Source: a virus (taxonomy: Duplodnaviria; Heunggongvirae; Uroviricota; Caudoviricetes). From it: a stretch of 48,006 bases of DNA. Made by a program: the position numbers and the translations under genes. Below the pieces are notes generated by a model. The model saw nothing but the letters and a program-made list of their open reading frames with translations, searched no databases and was not told the origin of the DNA. Below are positions 24,113 to 34,155 of this stretch, in pieces. Numbering within the stretch: the stretch's first letter is position 1; each line of letters starts with the position of its first letter. The DNA lies in the IMG/VR virus record IMGVR_UViG_2671180673_000006. One strand, written 5' to 3'.

Positions 24113-26012
24113 TATGATGAGTGCTGTCACAACAGCATTACAGCCCCTGATAAGGGCATTGCCGGTGACGCCAGTTGAATGGGCTGATCAAAATTATTAT
24201 CTGCCTAAAGAATCTTCATATGGTGAGGGAGAATGGAAAACGCTGCCGTTCCAGATCGCCATCATGAACAGCATGGGGAATGATCAGATCCGGACTGTTA
24301 ATCTGATTAAATCTGCCCGTGTTGGCTATACAAAGATGTTGCTGGGGGTGGTCGGGTATTTTATTGAGCATAAATCCCGAAACAGTCTGCTTTTTCAGCC
24401 CACGGATTCTGCCGCTGAAGATTTTATGAAGTCTCACGTGGAGGCGACGATTCGGGATGTGCCATGTCTGAAAGACCTTTNTCCATGGCTGGGGCGTAAA
24501 CATCGTGACAATACNCTCACGCTGAAACGCTTTTCATCGGGTGTGGGNTTCTGGTGCCTGGGCGGCGCTGCCGCCAAAAACTACCGTGAAAAATCCGTGG
24601 ACGTGGTCTGCTATGACGAACTTTCCTCGTTCGAACCGGATGTCGAAAAAGAGGGTTCGCCAACCCTGCTTGGGGATAAACGTATTGAGGGCTCTGTATG
24701 GCCCAAATCCATTCGCGGCTCGACGCCTAAAATCAAAGGCACCTGCCAGATCGAAAAAGCGGCCAACGAGTCGGCGCATTTCATGCGTTTTTATGTGCCC
24801 TGCCCNCACTGTGGGGAGGNGCAGTATCTGAAATTTGGCGATGANTCCACGCCTTTTGGCCTTAAATGGGAGAAGGACAGCCCCGAAAGCGTTTTCTACC
24901 TCTGTGAACATCATGGCTGCGTGATCCATCAGTCTGAGCTTGACCAGAGCAACGGGCGGTGGATCTGTGAAAACACGGGGATGTGGACCCGNGACGGTCT
25001 GACGTTTTTCAGCGCCGCGGATAATGAAATTCCGCCGCCGCGCTCCATCACNTTCCATATCTGGACNGCGTACAGTCCGTTCACCACCTGGGTACAGATN
25101 GTCTATGACTGGCTGGATGCACTGAAAGATCCCAACGGCCTGAAAACCTTTGTGAACACCACGCTGGGCGAGACCTGGGAAGAGGCCGTGGGCGAAAAAC
25201 TCGATCACCAGGTGCTGATGGATAAGGTTGTGCGTTACACGGCNGCGGTGCCTNCCCGGGTGGTTTATCTGACGGCGGGCATTGACTCGCAGCGAAACCG
25301 TTTTGAGATGTATGTCTGGGGATGGGCNCCGGGAGAGGAAGCCTTTCTGGTGGATAAAATCATCATTATGGGGCGTCCCGATGAGGAAGAGACGCTGTTA
25401 CGTGTGGATGTGGCGATCAACAAAAAATACCGCCATGCAGACGGAACCGAAATGACCATTTCCCGTGTCTGCTGGGACACCGGGGGGATCGATGGCGAAA
25501 TTGTCTATCAGAGGTCAAAAAAACACGGTGTTTTCCGGGTGCTGCCGGTAAAAGGTGCATCTGTTTATGGCAAGCCGGTGATCACCATGCCAAAAACCCG
25601 CAATCAGCGGGGCGTGTATCTGTGCGAAGTGGGGACGGACACCGCAAAAGAAATTCTCTATGCCCGTATGAAAGCCGATCCCACGCCTGCGGATGAAGCC
25701 ACGTCGTATGCCATCCGTTTTCCTGATGATCCGGAGATTTTTTCGCAGACAGAGGCGCAGCAACTGGTNGCGGAAGAGCTTGTGGAGAAGTGGGAAAAAG
25801 GAAAGATGCGTCTGCTGTGGGATAACAAAAAGCGGCGTAACGAAGCGCTGGACTGCCTGGTGTATGCCTACGCGGCATTACGTGTGTCCGTGCAACGCTG
25901 GCAGCTTGATCTGGCTGTACTGGCAAAATCCCGGGAAGAAGAGACGACCCGGCCAACCCTTAAAGAACTGGCAGCGAAGCTGTCCGGAGGAGTGAATGGT
26001 TACAGTCGCTGA
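24084..26012 (+). CDS. A: terminase large subunit (lambda gpA-like)
   Basis: 642 aa from ATG 24084 (MNISEQQL...); ...VEWADQNYYLPKESSYGEGEWKTLPFQ... and ...WCLGGAAAKNYREKSVDVVCYDE... match gpA throughout; several n bases inside. Confidence 0.9.
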   Translation: MNISEQQLNNMMSAVTTALQPLIRALPVTPVEWADQNYYLPKESSYGEGEWKTLPFQIAIMNSMGNDQIRTVNLIKSARVGYTKMLLGVVGYFIEHKSRNSLLFQPTDSAAEDFMKSHVEATIRDVPCLKDLXPWLGRKHRDNXLTLKRFSSGVXFWCLGGAAAKNYREKSVDVVCYDELSSFEPDVEKEGSPTLLGDKRIEGSVWPKSIRGSTPKIKGTCQIEKAANESAHFMRFYVPCXHCGEXQYLKFGDXSTPFGLKWEKDSPESVFYLCEHHGCVIHQSELDQSNGRWICENTGMWTXDGLTFFSAADNEIPPPRSIXFHIWXAYSPFTTWVQXVYDWLDALKDPNGLKTFVNTTLGETWEEAVGEKLDHQVLMDKVVRYTXAVPXRVVYLTAGIDSQRNRFEMYVWGWXPGEEAFLVDKIIIMGRPDEEETLLRVDVAINKKYRHADGTEMTISRVCWDTGGIDGEIVYQRSKKHGVFRVLPVKGASVYGKPVITMPKTRNQRGVYLCEVGTDTAKEILYARMKADPTPADEATSYAIRFPDDPEIFSQTEAQQLXAEELVEKWEKGKMRLLWDNKKRRNEALDCLVYAYAALRVSVQRWQLDLAVLAKSREEETTRPTLKELAAKLSGGVNGYSR

Positions 26013-26202
26013 ACTGCAGGCGCTGCGTCAGGCGCGCCTTGATTTATTAACCGGTAAACGGGTGGTGTCTGTCCAGAAAGATGGTCGCAGAATTGAATAT
26101 ACGGCAGCTTCTCTGGATGAGCTTAACCGGGCGATCAATGATGCGGAGTCGGTACTGGGGACAACCCGCCGTCGCCGTCGTCCGCTGGGAGTGAGGTTAT
26201 GA
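25996..26202 (+). CDS. W: head-tail joining protein gpW
   Basis: 68 aa; ATG at 25996 preceded by GGAGGAGTG; ...LTGKRVVSVQKDGRRIEYTAASL... matches lambda W. Confidence 0.8.
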   Translation: MVTVAELQALRQARLDLLTGKRVVSVQKDGRRIEYTAASLDELNRAINDAESVLGTTRRRRRPLGVRL

Positions 26203-27791
26203 AACGAACGCCTGTCCTGATTGATGTGAACGGCGTTCCGCTTCGGGAGAGCCTCAGCTACAACGGTGGCGGTGCAGGATTTGGCGGGCAAATGGCAGAG
26301 TGGTTGCCACCCTCGCAGAGTGCCGATGCGGCCCTGCTGCCCGCGTTGCGTCTGGGGAATGCCCGTGCAGATGATCTGGTGCGCAATAACGGAATAGCGG
26401 CCAATGCGGTGGCCCTGCATAAGGATCACATTGTCGGGCATATGTTTCTGATCAGCTACCGTCCGAACTGGCGCTGGCTGGGGATGCGGGAGACCGCGGC
26501 AAAAAGTTTTGTCGATGAGGTGGAGGCGGCCTGGTCAGAATACGCAGAAGGGNTGTTTGGNGAGATCGACGTGGAAGGGAAACGCACGTTTACNGAATTT
26601 ATNCGTGAAGGTGTGGGNGTTCATGCGTTTAACGGCGAAATCTTTGTGCAGCCGGTCTGGGATNCGGAGAGCACGCAACTGTTTCGTACGCGTTTTAAAG
26701 CCGTGAGTCCGAAACGGGTGGACACGCCAGGACANGGTATCGGGAACCGTTTTCTGCGGGCCGGTGTGGAGGTTGATCGATATGGCCGTGCCGTTGCGTA
26801 CCATATCTGTGAGGATGATTTTCCTCGCTCCGGGAGTGGACGATGGGAACGGATCCCGCGTGAACTTCCCACCGGGCGTCCGGCCATGCTGCATATTTTC
26901 GAGCCGGTGGAGGACGGGCAGACCCGTGGAGCCAATCAGTTTTACAGCGTTATGGAACGGCTGAAGATGCTNGANTCCCTGCAGGCAACACAGCTTCAGT
27001 CGGCCATAGTGAAGGCGATGTATGCAGCGACGATTGAAAGTGACCTTGATACCGAAAAGGCCTTTGAATATATCGCCGGTGCGCCGCAGGGGCAGAAGGA
27101 TAATCCGCTTATTAATATTCTGGATAAGTTCTCCACCTGGTATGACACGAATAGCGTGACGCTGGGCGGTGTCAAAATTCCGCACCTTTTCCCCGGTGAT
27201 GATCTGAAACTTCAGACCGCGCAGGATTCAGACAATGGATTTTCGGCGCTTGAACAGGCGCTGCTGCGGTATATCGCCGCCGGTCTTGGCGTTTCCTACG
27301 AACAGTTGTCCCGTGATTACTCGAAGGTCAGTTATTCAAGTGCCCGCGCATCCGCCAATGAGTCGTGGCGCTATTTTATGGGGCGGCGAAAATTTATTGC
27401 GTCCCGGCTGGCCACGCAGATGTTTTCCTGCTGGCTGGAAGAGGCACTTCTTCGGGGGATTATTCGTCCGCCACGGGCACGTTTTGATTTTTATCAGGCG
27501 CGATCAGCCTGGTCACGGGCTGAGTGGATTGGAGCCGGAAGAATGGCCATTGACGGGCTCAAGGAGGTTCAGGAATCAGTGATGCGCATTGAGGCCGGAC
27601 TGAGCACGTATGAGAAAGAGCTGGCGCTGATGGGCGAGGATTATCAGGACATTTTCCGCCAGCAGGTCAGGGAATCTGCAGAGCGGGAAAAAGCCGGACT
27701 CTCACGTCCGGTGTGGATAGCGCAGGCGTATCAGCAGCAGATAGCGGAGAGTCGCAGGCCGGAAGAGGAGACAACACCACGTGAGACGTAA
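26199..27791 (+). CDS. B: portal protein (lambda gpB-like)
   Basis: 530 aa; ATG at 26199 preceded by GGGAGTGAGG; MKRTPVLIDVNGVPLRESLSYNGGG... colinear with lambda B; contains n bases. Confidence 0.9.
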   Translation: MKRTPVLIDVNGVPLRESLSYNGGGAGFGGQMAEWLPPSQSADAALLPALRLGNARADDLVRNNGIAANAVALHKDHIVGHMFLISYRPNWRWLGMRETAAKSFVDEVEAAWSEYAEGXFXEIDVEGKRTFXEFXREGVXVHAFNGEIFVQPVWDXESTQLFRTRFKAVSPKRVDTPGXGIGNRFLRAGVEVDRYGRAVAYHICEDDFPRSGSGRWERIPRELPTGRPAMLHIFEPVEDGQTRGANQFYSVMERLKMXXSLQATQLQSAIVKAMYAATIESDLDTEKAFEYIAGAPQGQKDNPLINILDKFSTWYDTNSVTLGGVKIPHLFPGDDLKLQTAQDSDNGFSALEQALLRYIAAGLGVSYEQLSRDYSKVSYSSARASANESWRYFMGRRKFIASRLATQMFSCWLEEALLRGIIRPPRARFDFYQARSAWSRAEWIGAGRMAIDGLKEVQESVMRIEAGLSTYEKELALMGEDYQDIFRQQVRESAEREKAGLSRPVWIAQAYQQQIAESRRPEEETTPRET

Positions 27792-29286
27792 TCTTTCACA
27801 CATTATTGCNGCAGCATTCAATGAACCGCTGCTTCTGGAGCCCGCCTATGCGCGGGTTTTCTTTTGCGCGCTCGGGCGCGAGATNGGGGCAGCAAGTCTT
27901 TCGGTACCACAACANCAGGTACAGCTTGATGCNCCCGGAATGCTGGCTGAAACGGACGAGTACATGGCCGGAGGTAAACGACCGGCCCGTGTTTACCGGG
28001 TGGTGAACGGTATTGCTGTACTGCCGGTGACNGGCACGCTGGTGCACCGGCTGGGNGGTATGCGGCCATTTTCCGGAATGACAGGCTATGACGGCATTGT
28101 CGCCTGTCTTCAGCAGGCAATGGCGGATAGCCAGGTGCGGGGNGTACTGCTGGACATTGACAGTCCGGGCGGGCAGGCCGCCGGNGCGTTTGACTGNGCT
28201 GACATGATTTACCGCCTCCGTCAGCAGAAGCCGGTCTGGGCACTGTGCAATGACACNGCCTGTTCTGCAGCCATGCTGCTGGCGTCGGCCTGCTCCCGAC
28301 GGCTGGTTACCCAGACATCCCGTATCGGCTCCATTGGCGTGATGATGAGCCATGTCAGCTATGCCGGTCATCTGGCGCAGGCCGGTGTGGATATCACGCT
28401 GATTTATGCCGGGGCGCACAAGGTGGATGGCAATCAGTTTGAAGCGTTGCCGGCAGAGGTTCGCCAGGATATGCAGCAGCGGATTGATGCGGCGCACCGG
28501 ATGTTTGCCGAAAAAGTGGCGATGTATACCGGGTTGTCTGTGGATGCGGTCACGGGAACAGAGGCCGCCGTTTTTGAAGGTCAGTCCGGCATTGAGGCCG
28601 GGCTGGCGGATGAATTAATCAATGCGTCGGATGCCATCAGTGTGATGGCCACGGCGCTGAACAGTAATGTCAGAGGAGGCACTATGCCGCAATTAACTGC
28701 AACGGAAGCCGCCGTGCAGGAGAACCAGCGAGTGATGGGGATCCTGACATGCCAGGAAGCGAAAGGACGTGAACAGCTTGCCACGATGCTGGCAGGGCAA
28801 CAGGGCATGAGCGTTGAACAGGCCCGGGCGATTCTGGCCGCGGCGGCACCGCAGCAGCCGGTGGCATCCGCGCAGAGTGAAGCCGATCGCATTATGGCGT
28901 GTGAAGAAGCGAACGGTCGTGAACAACTGGCGGCAACGCTGGCGGCGATGCCGGAGATGACGGTGGAAAAAGCCCGCCCGATCCTGGCGGCTGCACCACT
29001 GGCGGATGCCGGGCCCTCACTTCGTGATCAGATCATGGCCCTGGATGAGGCAAAAGGGGCAGAAGCGCAGGCTGAAAAACTGGCGGCCTGCCCGGGAATG
29101 ACCGTGGAGAACGCCCGGGCTGTGCTGGCTGCGGGATCAGGTAAGGCCGAACCGGTCTCTGCATCCACAACCGCCCTGTTTGAACATTTCATGGCGAATC
29201 ATTCACCGGCAGCGGTGCGGGGTGGCGTGTCACAGACGTCAGCAGACGGTGATGCGGACGTGAAAATGCTCATGGCCATGCCATGA
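27781..29286 (+). CDS. C: head protease / scaffold (lambda gpC with nested Nu3-like C-terminal region; S49/ClpP family)
   Basis: 501 aa, GTG start; ...AFNEPLLLEPAYARVFFCAL..., ...VLPVxGTLV..., ...LLDIDSPGG..., ...RLVTQTSRIGSIGVMMSHV... match gpC; C-terminal Ala-rich repeats; contains n bases. Confidence 0.85.
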   Translation: MRRNLSHIIXAAFNEPLLLEPAYARVFFCALGREXGAASLSVPQXQVQLDXPGMLAETDEYMAGGKRPARVYRVVNGIAVLPVXGTLVHRLXGMRPFSGMTGYDGIVACLQQAMADSQVRXVLLDIDSPGGQAAXAFDXADMIYRLRQQKPVWALCNDXACSAAMLLASACSRRLVTQTSRIGSIGVMMSHVSYAGHLAQAGVDITLIYAGAHKVDGNQFEALPAEVRQDMQQRIDAAHRMFAEKVAMYTGLSVDAVTGTEAAVFEGQSGIEAGLADELINASDAISVMATALNSNVRGGTMPQLTATEAAVQENQRVMGILTCQEAKGREQLATMLAGQQGMSVEQARAILAAAAPQQPVASAQSEADRIMACEEANGREQLAATLAAMPEMTVEKARPILAAAPLADAGPSLRDQIMALDEAKGAEAQAEKLAACPGMTVENARAVLAAGSGKAEPVSASTTALFEHFMANHSPAAVRGGVSQTSADGDADVKMLMAMP

Positions 29287-29322
29287 AGTCAGTGCTGACC
29301 ATCAATATGAGGTTTTAACAAA

Positions 29323-29670
29323 ATGGTGACGAAAACCATCACTGAACAGCGTGCGGAAGTACGTATTTTTGCCGGTAATGATCCGGCTCATACCGCCACA
29401 GGCAGCAGCGGGATTTCTTCTGCAACACCGGCTCTGACGCCCCTGATGCTGGATGAAGCCACCGGGAAACTGGTGGTCTGGGATGGACAGAAAGCCGGTA
29501 GTGCGGTTGGCATACTGGTACTGCCGCTTGAAGGCACAGAGACAGCGCTGACGTATTACAAGTCGGGAACCTTTGCGACGGAGGCAATCCACTGGCCTGA
29601 AAGTGTGGATGAACACAAAAAGGCAAATGCCTTTGCCGGCACAGCCCTGAGTCACGCGGCTCTGCCGTAA
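29323..29670 (+). CDS. D: head decoration protein gpD
   Basis: 115 aa; ...DPAHTAT...TPLMLD...WDG...VGIL...YKSGTF...FAGTA... colinear with lambda D. Confidence 0.85.
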   Translation: MVTKTITEQRAEVRIFAGNDPAHTATGSSGISSATPALTPLMLDEATGKLVVWDGQKAGSAVGILVLPLEGTETALTYYKSGTFATEAIHWPESVDEHKKANAFAGTALSHAALP

Positions 29671-29727
29671 CACGTTATCAGGCCACCATGGTGGCCTGAC
29701 TGATTTCTGAATGAAAGGAACTGATTT

Positions 29728-30756
29728 ATGGGATTGTTTACGACCCGCCAGTTACTCGGTTATACCGAACAAAAAGTTAAATTCCGTGCGCTATTTCTGG
29801 AGCTGTTTTTCCGCCGTACGGTGAATTTCCACACCGAAGAGGTGATGCTGGACAAAATTACCGGAAAAACGCCGGTGGCGGCCTATGTCTCCCCGATCGT
29901 TGAAGGAAAAGTGCTGCGCCATCGTGGTGGTGAAACCCGCGTGTTGCGTCCGGGCTACGTCAAGCCGAAACACGAATTTAATTACCAGCAGGCGGTTGAG
30001 CGCCTTCCTGGTGAAGATCCATCTCAACTGAATGATCCGGCTTACCGCCGTCTGCGTATCATTACCGATAACCTCAAACAGGAAGAGCACGCCATTGTCC
30101 AGGTGGAAGAAATGCAGGCGGTAAATGCTGTGTTGTATGGCAAATACACCATGGAAGGAGACCAGTTCGAGAAAATTGAGGTCGATTTTGGCAGGTCGAC
30201 GAAGAATAACATCATACAAGGTAGCGGTAAGGAGTGGTCAAAACAGGATCGTGACACGTTCGATCCTACACATGATATTGACCTCTACTGCGACCAGGCC
30301 AGCGGTCTTGTGAATATTGCCATTATGGACGGTACCGGCTGGCGTCTTCTGAATGGTTTTAAGCTGTTCCGCGAAAAACTGGATACCCGTCGCGGTTCAA
30401 ATTCTCAACTCGAAACGGCAGTGAAAGATCTGGGCGCAGTGGTGTCCTTCAAGGGGTATTACGGCGATCTGGCCATTGTGGTGGCGAAAACGTCTTATAT
30501 AGCAGAAGACGGTATCGAAAAACGTTATCTTCCAGATGGCATGCTGGTTCTGGGGAATACTGCTGCAGATGGGATCCGTTGTTACGGTGCCATTCAGGAT
30601 GCTCAGGCGTTGTCCGAAGGTGTGGTGGCCTCTTCCCGTTATCCGAAACACTGGCTGACGGTAGGGGATCCCGCCCGTGAATTTACCATGACGCAGTCCG
30701 CGCCGCTGATGGTGTTGCCGGACCCGGATGAGTTTGTGGTGGTACAGGTGAAATAA
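29728..30756 (+). CDS. E: major capsid protein gpE
   Basis: 342 aa; ATG at 29728 preceded by AAAGGAA; ...YVSPIVEGKVLRHRGGETRVLRPGYVKPKHE... and ...DTRRGSNSQLETAVKDLG... match lambda E. Confidence 0.9.
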   Translation: MGLFTTRQLLGYTEQKVKFRALFLELFFRRTVNFHTEEVMLDKITGKTPVAAYVSPIVEGKVLRHRGGETRVLRPGYVKPKHEFNYQQAVERLPGEDPSQLNDPAYRRLRIITDNLKQEEHAIVQVEEMQAVNAVLYGKYTMEGDQFEKIEVDFGRSTKNNIIQGSGKEWSKQDRDTFDPTHDIDLYCDQASGLVNIAIMDGTGWRLLNGFKLFREKLDTRRGSNSQLETAVKDLGAVVSFKGYYGDLAIVVAKTSYIAEDGIEKRYLPDGMLVLGNTAADGIRCYGAIQDAQALSEGVVASSRYPKHWLTVGDPAREFTMTQSAPLMVLPDPDEFVVVQVK

Positions 30757-30807
30757 TCCGTGAGCGGGGGCGAAATGCCCCCGTGTCTTTTTTCACAGAG
30801 GGCTGAT

Positions 30808-31182
30808 ATGGCAACGAAAGAGCAAAATCTGAAACGGCTTGATGAACTGGCCCTGATTCTGGGGCGTGAGCCGGATATATCCGGGAGTGCCGCAGAGATA
30901 GCGCAGCGGGTGGCAGAATGGGAAGAGGAAATGCAGTCATCCGGCGATGATGTACAGGTTATGAATATGGATATCCGGGAGCGGGAAACCGCGGCTCATG
31001 ATGTTCGTGAGGAAACATCCGGCGCGTTAACGCGCATCAGAGTTCTGACCTGCCTCCATCTCTGTGGCGTTGATGGTGAAACGGGGGAATCCGTTGAGCT
31101 TGCGGATGTTGGTCGGGTGATTCTGATTATGTCCTCAGATGCAAAAACACACGTTGATGGTGGAATGGCTGTTTATGCGTGA
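30808..31182 (+). CDS. FI: DNA-packaging protein FI-like
   Basis: 124 aa from ATG 30808; acidic; position between E and FII as in lambda. Confidence 0.65.
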   Translation: MATKEQNLKRLDELALILGREPDISGSAAEIAQRVAEWEEEMQSSGDDVQVMNMDIRERETAAHDVREETSGALTRIRVLTCLHLCGVDGETGESVELADVGRVILIMSSDAKTHVDGGMAVYA

Positions 31183-31528
31183 TTTTCAGAATGCCTTTGA
31201 TGCCGCCCTTGCCGGGGTGGACAGTACGATTGTTGAAGTGATGGGGATCCGTGCGCAGTTCACCTCCGGAGCACAACGTGGCGGCGAAGTTCAGGGGGTT
31301 TTTGACGATCCGGAGTCGCTGGGTTTTGCCGGTGGCGGGGTCCGTATTGAAGGAAGCAGCCCGTCATTATTTGTGCGGACGGATACGGTGCGTGCCGTGC
31401 GGCGTGGTGACACGCTGACCATTAACGGCGAGATGTTCTGGGTGGATCGTGTTTCTCCGGATGACGGGGGAAGCTGTTATCTCTGGCTCAACCGTGGGCA
31501 ACCACCCGCTGTTAACCGGCGACGATAA
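31175..31528 (+). CDS. FII: head-tail connector FII
   Basis: 117 aa from ATG 31175 overlapping the FI stop; ...GVRIEGSSPSLFVRTDTVRAVRRGDTLTINGEMFWVDRVSPDDGGSCYLWLNRGQPPAVNRRR matches lambda FII. Confidence 0.8.
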   Translation: MRDFQNAFDAALAGVDSTIVEVMGIRAQFTSGAQRGGEVQGVFDDPESLGFAGGGVRIEGSSPSLFVRTDTVRAVRRGDTLTINGEMFWVDRVSPDDGGSCYLWLNRGQPPAVNRRR

Positions 31529-31543
31529 ACGCAGGGNGAAATT

Positions 31544-32119
31544 ATGGCGATAAAAGGGCTTGATCAGGCGATTGATAATCTGAGCCGGGTTCGTAAAAAC
31601 GCCATTCCGGCGGCTTCAGCAATGACGATTAACCGCGTGGCCACAACGGCGATTAATCAGTCTTCATCACAGGTTGCCCGGGAGACAAAGGTACGCCGGA
31701 AACTGGTTAAGGAACGGTCCAGACTGAAACGGGCCACGGTCAGAAATCCGAATGCAAAAATTATCGTTAACCGCGGTGATCTCCCTGTGATTAAGCTGGG
31801 GATCAGAATGCTGGGGCGTCGTCCGGACAGCATACTCAAAGCCGGTCAGCATCGTTATCAGCGGGCATTTATCCAGCGATTAAATAATGGGCGCTGGCAT
31901 GTTATGCAACGTCTTCCCCAGGCCAGATATGAGGAGGGCAATGACGACAAGGGAAGGAAAAAGCGTAATCGCCTTCCCATTCAGGTGGTGAAAATCCCGA
32001 TGGCGGCCCCACTGAAACAGGCATTTGATGAGAATGTTGACCGTATCCGGCGTGAACGCCTGCCTAAAGAACTGGCATACGCGCTGAAACAACAACTGAG
32101 GATTGCGATAAAACGATGA
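31544..32119 (+). CDS. Z: tail completion protein gpZ
   Basis: 191 aa; MAIKGLDQAIDNLSRV... and C-terminal ...RIRRERLPKELAYALKQQLRIAIKR match lambda Z. Confidence 0.8.
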   Translation: MAIKGLDQAIDNLSRVRKNAIPAASAMTINRVATTAINQSSSQVARETKVRRKLVKERSRLKRATVRNPNAKIIVNRGDLPVIKLGIRMLGRRPDSILKAGQHRYQRAFIQRLNNGRWHVMQRLPQARYEEGNDDKGRKKRNRLPIQVVKIPMAAPLKQAFDENVDRIRRERLPKELAYALKQQLRIAIKR

Positions 32120-32511
32120 AACACACTGACATTCGTGCCGCAGTGCTGGATGCACTCGAGCAGCATGAACACGGGGCGACGCTGTTTGATGGTCGCCCCG
32201 TTGTTTTTGACGAAGAGGATTTTCCTGCGATCGCGGTTTATCTGACGGATGCAGAGTATACCGGTGAAGAGCTGGATGCAGATACCTGGCGGGCCACNCT
32301 GCATATTGAGGTGTTTTTACCGGCACAGGTACCGGATTCAGAGCTTGATCAGTGGATGGAAAGCCGGATTTANCCGGCGATGACTGCGATCCCGGCACTG
32401 GCNGGACTGATTACCACGATGGTTACGCAGGGCTATGAGTATCGTCGTGATGACGATATGGCGTTATGGAGCTCTGCGGATCTGACTTATTCCATTACAT
32501 ACGAGATGTGA
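32116..32511 (+). CDS. U: tail terminator gpU
   Basis: 131 aa; overlaps Z by 4 nt; synteny and size as lambda U; contains n bases. Confidence 0.8.
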   Translation: MKHTDIRAAVLDALEQHEHGATLFDGRPVVFDEEDFPAIAVYLTDAEYTGEELDADTWRAXLHIEVFLPAQVPDSELDQWMESRIXPAMTAIPALXGLITTMVTQGYEYRRDDDMALWSSADLTYSITYEM

Positions 32512-32518
32512 GGACGAT

Positions 32519-33265
32519 ATGGCAACACCAAATCCCCTGGAGCCGGTAAAAGGTGCCGGTACCACTCTGTGGGTTTACAACGGCAAGGNTGATGCTTATG
32601 CAAACCCGTTGTCAGACGNTGACTGGCAGCGACTGGCTAAGGTGAAGGATCTGACGCCGGGCGAGATGACGGCNGAATCCTACGATGATAACTACCTGGA
32701 TGATGAAGACGCNGACTGGANCGCGACCGGGCAGGGGCAGAAATCTGCAGGTGATACCAGTTTTACGCTGGCCTGGAAACCGGGAGAGGAAGGTCAGAAA
32801 GGGCTTATAGGCTGGTTTGAAAGCGGCGATGTCCGGGCCTATAAAATCCGTTTTCCGAATGGCACGGTGGATGTGTTTCGTGGCTGGGTCAGCAGTATCG
32901 GTAAGGCCGTGACGGCGAAAGAAGTGATCACCCGCACGGTGAAAGTCACTAACGTGGGTAAACCTTCTGTAGCGGAAGAACGCAGCAAAATTACGCCGGT
33001 CACTGCGATTAAGGTAACGCCGACAGGTACGGTTGAAAAAGGGAAAACAACCACCCTGACCGTTACTGTGGAACCGGAAAATGCAACGGATAAGACATTC
33101 AGGGCGATTTCCGCCGATCCATCAAAAGCCACCATTAGCGTGAAAGATATGACGATTACTGTGACGGGGGTTAAGGATGGAAAAGTCAGCATCCCTGTGA
33201 TTTCCGGTAATGGTCAGTTTGCTGCGGTGGCTGAAATTACCGTTAATAATGTGCCGGGTGGCTAA
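32519..33265 (+). CDS. V: major tail protein gpV (with C-terminal Ig-like domain)
   Basis: 248 aa; ...[12 protein letters not shown]... and ...[40 protein letters not shown]... match lambda V. Confidence 0.9.
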   Translation: MATPNPLEPVKGAGTTLWVYNGKXDAYANPLSDXDWQRLAKVKDLTPGEMTXESYDDNYLDDEDXDWXATGQGQKSAGDTSFTLAWKPGEEGQKGLIGWFESGDVRAYKIRFPNGTVDVFRGWVSSIGKAVTAKEVITRTVKVTNVGKPSVAEERSKITPVTAIKVTPTGTVEKGKTTTLTVTVEPENATDKTFRAISADPSKATISVKDMTITVTGVKDGKVSIPVISGNGQFAAVAEITVNNVPGG

Positions 33266-33283
33266 AGAGCTGAGAGATAAGCG

Positions 33284-33715
33284 ATGTTCCTGAAAACAGA
33301 ACAATTTGAATATAACGGTGTATCCGTCACGCTTTCTGAGCTGTCTGCGCTGCAGCGTATTGAGCATCTTGCCCTCCTGAAACGGCGGGCAGAAGAGGCT
33401 GAAGCCAGCGGCAACCTGCAGGTGAGTGTGGAAGATCTTGTCAGAACCGGCGCGTTTCTGGTGGCGATGTCCCTGTGGCATAACCATCCACAGAAAACGC
33501 AGTCACCGTCAATGAATGAGGCCGTGATGAAGATAGAGCAGGAAGTGCTCACCACCTGGCCTGCNGATGCCATTGCCCGGGCGGAAGACGTGGTGTTGNG
33601 NCTGTCCGGGATGATCGAAGCTGTTCGTCCGGATACTGATATTACTGAAGTGGCGAAAAATAACACGCTGACTGATGATGATTTTTCTGCGGGAAAGTCT
33701 TCGACGGNGAGCTGA
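33284..33715 (+). CDS. G: tail assembly chaperone gpG
   Basis: 143 aa; ends just after the slippery heptamer GGGAAAG; position and size as lambda G. Confidence 0.8.
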   Translation: MFLKTEQFEYNGVSVTLSELSALQRIEHLALLKRRAEEAEASGNLQVSVEDLVRTGAFLVAMSLWHNHPQKTQSPSMNEAVMKIEQEVLTTWPXDAIARAEDVVLXLSGMIEAVRPDTDITEVAKNNTLTDDDFSAGKSSTXS

Positions 33716-34155
33716 ACTTTGCCCTCAGACTGGCGCGTGAGATGGGGAGACCCGACTGGCGCGCCATGCTTGCCGGGATGACATCCACCGAATATGCCGA
33801 CTGGCACCGTTTTTACCGCACGCATTATTTTCAGGATACCCAGCTGGATATGCATTTTTCCGGGCTGACGTACGCTGTACTCAGCCTGTTTTTTTGCGAT
33901 CCGGATATGCATCCCTCTGATTTCAGTCTGCTTGTCCCCCGGCATGAGGAAGAGCAGGTGGAGAGGCCGGATGAGGACAAAATGCTGATGCAGAAAGCGG
34001 CAGGACTTGCCGGAGGCGTCCGGTTCGGTGGGGACGGAGGGNGCGATATTTTATCGTCTGCGGATGTGGCGGATGTCATGGTGGATGATGCCGCATTAAT
34101 GATGGCTTCAGCGGGGATTCCGGGAGGTGTGAGATATGTCCCAGCCGGTTGGTGA
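33284..34155 (+). CDS. T: tail assembly chaperone G-T fusion made by programmed -1 frameshift
   Basis: The -1 frame ORF 33742..34155 (frame 1) is continuous upstream to the slip site at 33691-33697 in the G frame (frame 2); same arrangement as lambda G/GT. Confidence 0.7.
33691..33697 (+). promoter_or_regulatory. -1 ribosomal frameshift slippery heptamer G_GGA_AAG
   Basis: Heptamer GGGAAAG with zero-frame codons GGA AAG (...SAGKSS...) near the 3' end of G. Confidence 0.7.

Noticed and set aside
24534-25208. Minus-strand 224-aa ORF inside the terminase large-subunit gene
   Set aside because: Antisense to a confidently identified gene and interrupted by several ambiguous bases; no RBS or recognisable protein features.
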